Assembly: GCA_041665005.1 (NCBI GenBank)
Contig: JBAYJR010000001.1
Coordinates: 4,727 to 68,726 of the forward strand
Reading direction: 5' to 3'
Origin: Candidatus Buchananbacteria bacterium
Lineage (GTDB): Bacteria > Patescibacteriota > Patescibacteriia > 2-01-FULL-39-33 > JBAYJR01
Length of the DNA: 64,000 bases
Below the pieces are notes generated by a model. It was not told the DNA's origin. It made no database searches and worked only from the letters and a program-made list of their open reading frames with translations. Shown piece by piece: positions 61,967-64,000 of the stretch; within the stretch, counting starts at the first letter, position 1, and each line of letters begins with the position of its first letter. Position numbers and translations under genes: made by a program.

Positions 61967-63211
61967 ATGGATCTTATTGGTAATCTTAATTTATCTTATA
62001 AAAATTTAACGGTAAATAAAACCCGGACTTTACTGACCATGTTGGGCTTGATTATTGGTATTTCTTCGGTGATTATTATTATGTCGGTCGGGGCCGGAGC
62101 CCAGAGCTTGGTTTTGAACCAGGTTAAAAGTGTGGGTACTAATTTAATTGGCGTGTTACCGGGGGCTTCTGACGAAAATGGTCCACCGGCGACGGCTTTT
62201 GGTTCGGTAATTACGACTTTAAAATATGATGACGCGGTTGCTTTGGCCAAAAAAAGTAATGTGCCTTATGCGGTGGCGGTGGCGCCTTATGTTAAGGGTA
62301 CGGGCACGGTTACTTGGCAGTCGCATTCGTTAGACACTAATTTTAGTGGTACCTCGGCTAGTTATATAGAAGTTGAAGAGGGGGCTAAAGTAATTAGTGG
62401 TCGATTTTTTAATCTTGATGAAGAAAAAAATTTAGCGCGGGTAGCGGTGTTGGGCAGTGAAGTGCGGGATAAATTATTTGAACAAAACGATCCCATTGAT
62501 CAACAAATTAAAATTAAAAATGAAACTTTTAAAGTAATTGGCGTGATGGAGCCACGAGGCGTTTCGGGTTTTCAAAATCAAGATGACCAGATTTTTATTC
62601 CGGTTTCTACCGCGCAGAAATTATTGTTAGGCATAAATTATTTAGGTTTTATTCGGGTGCGGGTAGATAGTGTTGACAACATTCCGCAAACCATTGAAGA
62701 TGTTAAGGCCACTTTGCGTTACCAACATAACATTAAAAAAGCTAAAGACGATGATTTTAGTGTGCGGAGCGCCACGCAAATGTTGGATGTTTTTGGCACC
62801 GTAACCAGTGCTTTGAGTTTATTTTTAACGGCGGTAGCAGCTATTTCTTTGTTGGTTGGCGGAATTGGGATTATGAATATTATGTTAGTAGCGGTAACCG
62901 AACGGATTCGCGAAATTGGCTTGCGCAAAGCTGTAGGAGCAACTCGGCGTGATTTATTGGAGCAGTTTTTAATTGAAACGGTAATTATTACTTCTTTTGC
63001 CGGTTTGCTAGGTTTAATTTTAGGCATAGTCTTTTCTTTTTTAGTGGCAATGGTTGCGCAATATTTAGGTTATGCTTGGGATTTTGTAGTGCCGGTCTGG
63101 TCAATTATTTTATCTTTTGGTATTGCAGTAATTATTGGTTTTTTATTTGGGTTATACCCAGCCTATCAAGCGGCCAAATTAGATCCGGTAGTCGCATTGC
63201 GTAAAGAGTAG
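61967..63211 (+). CDS. ABC transporter permease (MacB/FtsX family)
   Basis: RTLLTMLG, VGGIGIMNIML, ERIREIGLRKAVGA. Confidence 0.94.
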   Translation: MDLIGNLNLSYKNLTVNKTRTLLTMLGLIIGISSVIIIMSVGAGAQSLVLNQVKSVGTNLIGVLPGASDENGPPATAFGSVITTLKYDDAVALAKKSNVPYAVAVAPYVKGTGTVTWQSHSLDTNFSGTSASYIEVEEGAKVISGRFFNLDEEKNLARVAVLGSEVRDKLFEQNDPIDQQIKIKNETFKVIGVMEPRGVSGFQNQDDQIFIPVSTAQKLLLGINYLGFIRVRVDSVDNIPQTIEDVKATLRYQHNIKKAKDDDFSVRSATQMLDVFGTVTSALSLFLTAVAAISLLVGGIGIMNIMLVAVTERIREIGLRKAVGATRRDLLEQFLIETVIITSFAGLLGLILGIVFSFLVAMVAQYLGYAWDFVVPVWSIILSFGIAVIIGFLFGLYPAYQAAKLDPVVALRKE

Positions 63212-63231
63212 ATTATTTTTAATAAATTTAT

Positions 63232-64000
63232 ATGCCCAGACTTTGTCCCAAACTTACAACTAAACTAGAATCCCTCAAAAAACTCAAACAAGAGTTTGAT
63301 TTGGAATTGACTAAAGTTAAAAACCCAGACTCCAAAAAGTCCAATGATCTTATTTTCATCAGAGATATTAAAGCAAAACTAAACCAAACCCTTCAAGACC
63401 TCCAAACTGAACTCTGGCTAAAAACCCCCGAACTAACTAAAGAAAATCTTGAAGCCCAATATGAATTCCAGAAGAACCTTCTTCTAAACTCAGGCCTGCT
63501 AAAAACCCTTTCTACTGGTGAATTAGGTATTAAAGCAATTGATAAGCAGGAATATCCCATACCTACCTTAGAGCAGGTTGAAGAAAATATTATAGATAAA
63601 AGAGAGTTGCTTGAAGCTAAGGTTAATCAAGGCTTTGTTAAACTAGTTCTTGTCCCCTTTGGTTTGCCAGTCAGCTCTTTAATAGATGCTTACGACAAGG
63701 CCCTGATGGAACACTATCAACAAGGTGAGTTATTGGACGCCCAAAATAAATTATTAAATATTTATAAAAGGCCTGATGATGAGGAGTTTATTAGTGATCA
63801 TACTGGATACCCCGAAGCCGAAGCTAAAGGGGATTTAGTATATTTTCCCAAAAAATTCTCTGCTAATCATCAAGGTAAAACCAAGCAAGAACTTTTACCC
63901 ACCCAAGCCTGGCAAGTTCTATTACTTGAAGACTTGCCGGATCTTCCAGATAGAGATCAAGGCAAAACCAAGGCTGGTCGCCAGCAACCGGAAGCTTGCC
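63232..64000 (+). CDS. Third paralog of 55568/57844, runs off the window end
   Basis: MPRLCPKLTTKLESLKKLKQEFDL...LSTGELGIKAIDKQEYPIPTLEQ; start region identical at DNA level to that of 57844. Confidence 0.8.
   Translation, partial: MPRLCPKLTTKLESLKKLKQEFDLELTKVKNPDSKKSNDLIFIRDIKAKLNQTLQDLQTELWLKTPELTKENLEAQYEFQKNLLLNSGLLKTLSTGELGIKAIDKQEYPIPTLEQVEENIIDKRELLEAKVNQGFVKLVLVPFGLPVSSLIDAYDKALMEHYQQGELLDAQNKLLNIYKRPDDEEFISDHTGYPEAEAKGDLVYFPKKFSANHQGKTKQELLPTQAWQVLLLEDLPDLPDRDQGKTKAGRQQPEAC

Overview
AT-rich bacterial chromosome segment using genetic code 11. Gene content and the Shine-Dalgarno(SD)-less housekeeping genes suggest a Patescibacteria/CPR genome (inference). Core genes: rmuC, a UvrD helicase fused to a PD-(D/E)xK nuclease, a DciA-like gene, pheST, dnaE, T-box-thrS, miaB/miaA, gatB, a thymidylate cluster, secE-nusG-rplK-rplA, gyrB, CIRCE-hrcA-grpE-hsp20...dnaK-dnaJ, tRNA-Glu(CTC) and a MacAB-like ABC exporter. 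The most unusual signals are: (1) a ~3.2 kb single-promoter array (8984-12150) of five unrelated small ORFs separated by three families of repeated structured elements, including a covarying putative pseudoknot right after stop codons; (2) seven proteins at three loci that share a ~55-aa N-terminal module fused to different binding domains (WG repeats, WD40, and a fold with DGR-like hypervariable C-termini); (3) two stand-alone candidate ncRNAs; (4) many solo promoter-SD-ORF-terminator cassettes, including an ACP-like gene; (5) a duplicated dnaK start followed by a large hairpin; and (6) a 13x heptamer repeat abutting a four-helix-bundle gene. No database searches or folding programs were run. 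All calls are from motif recognition and manual pairing.
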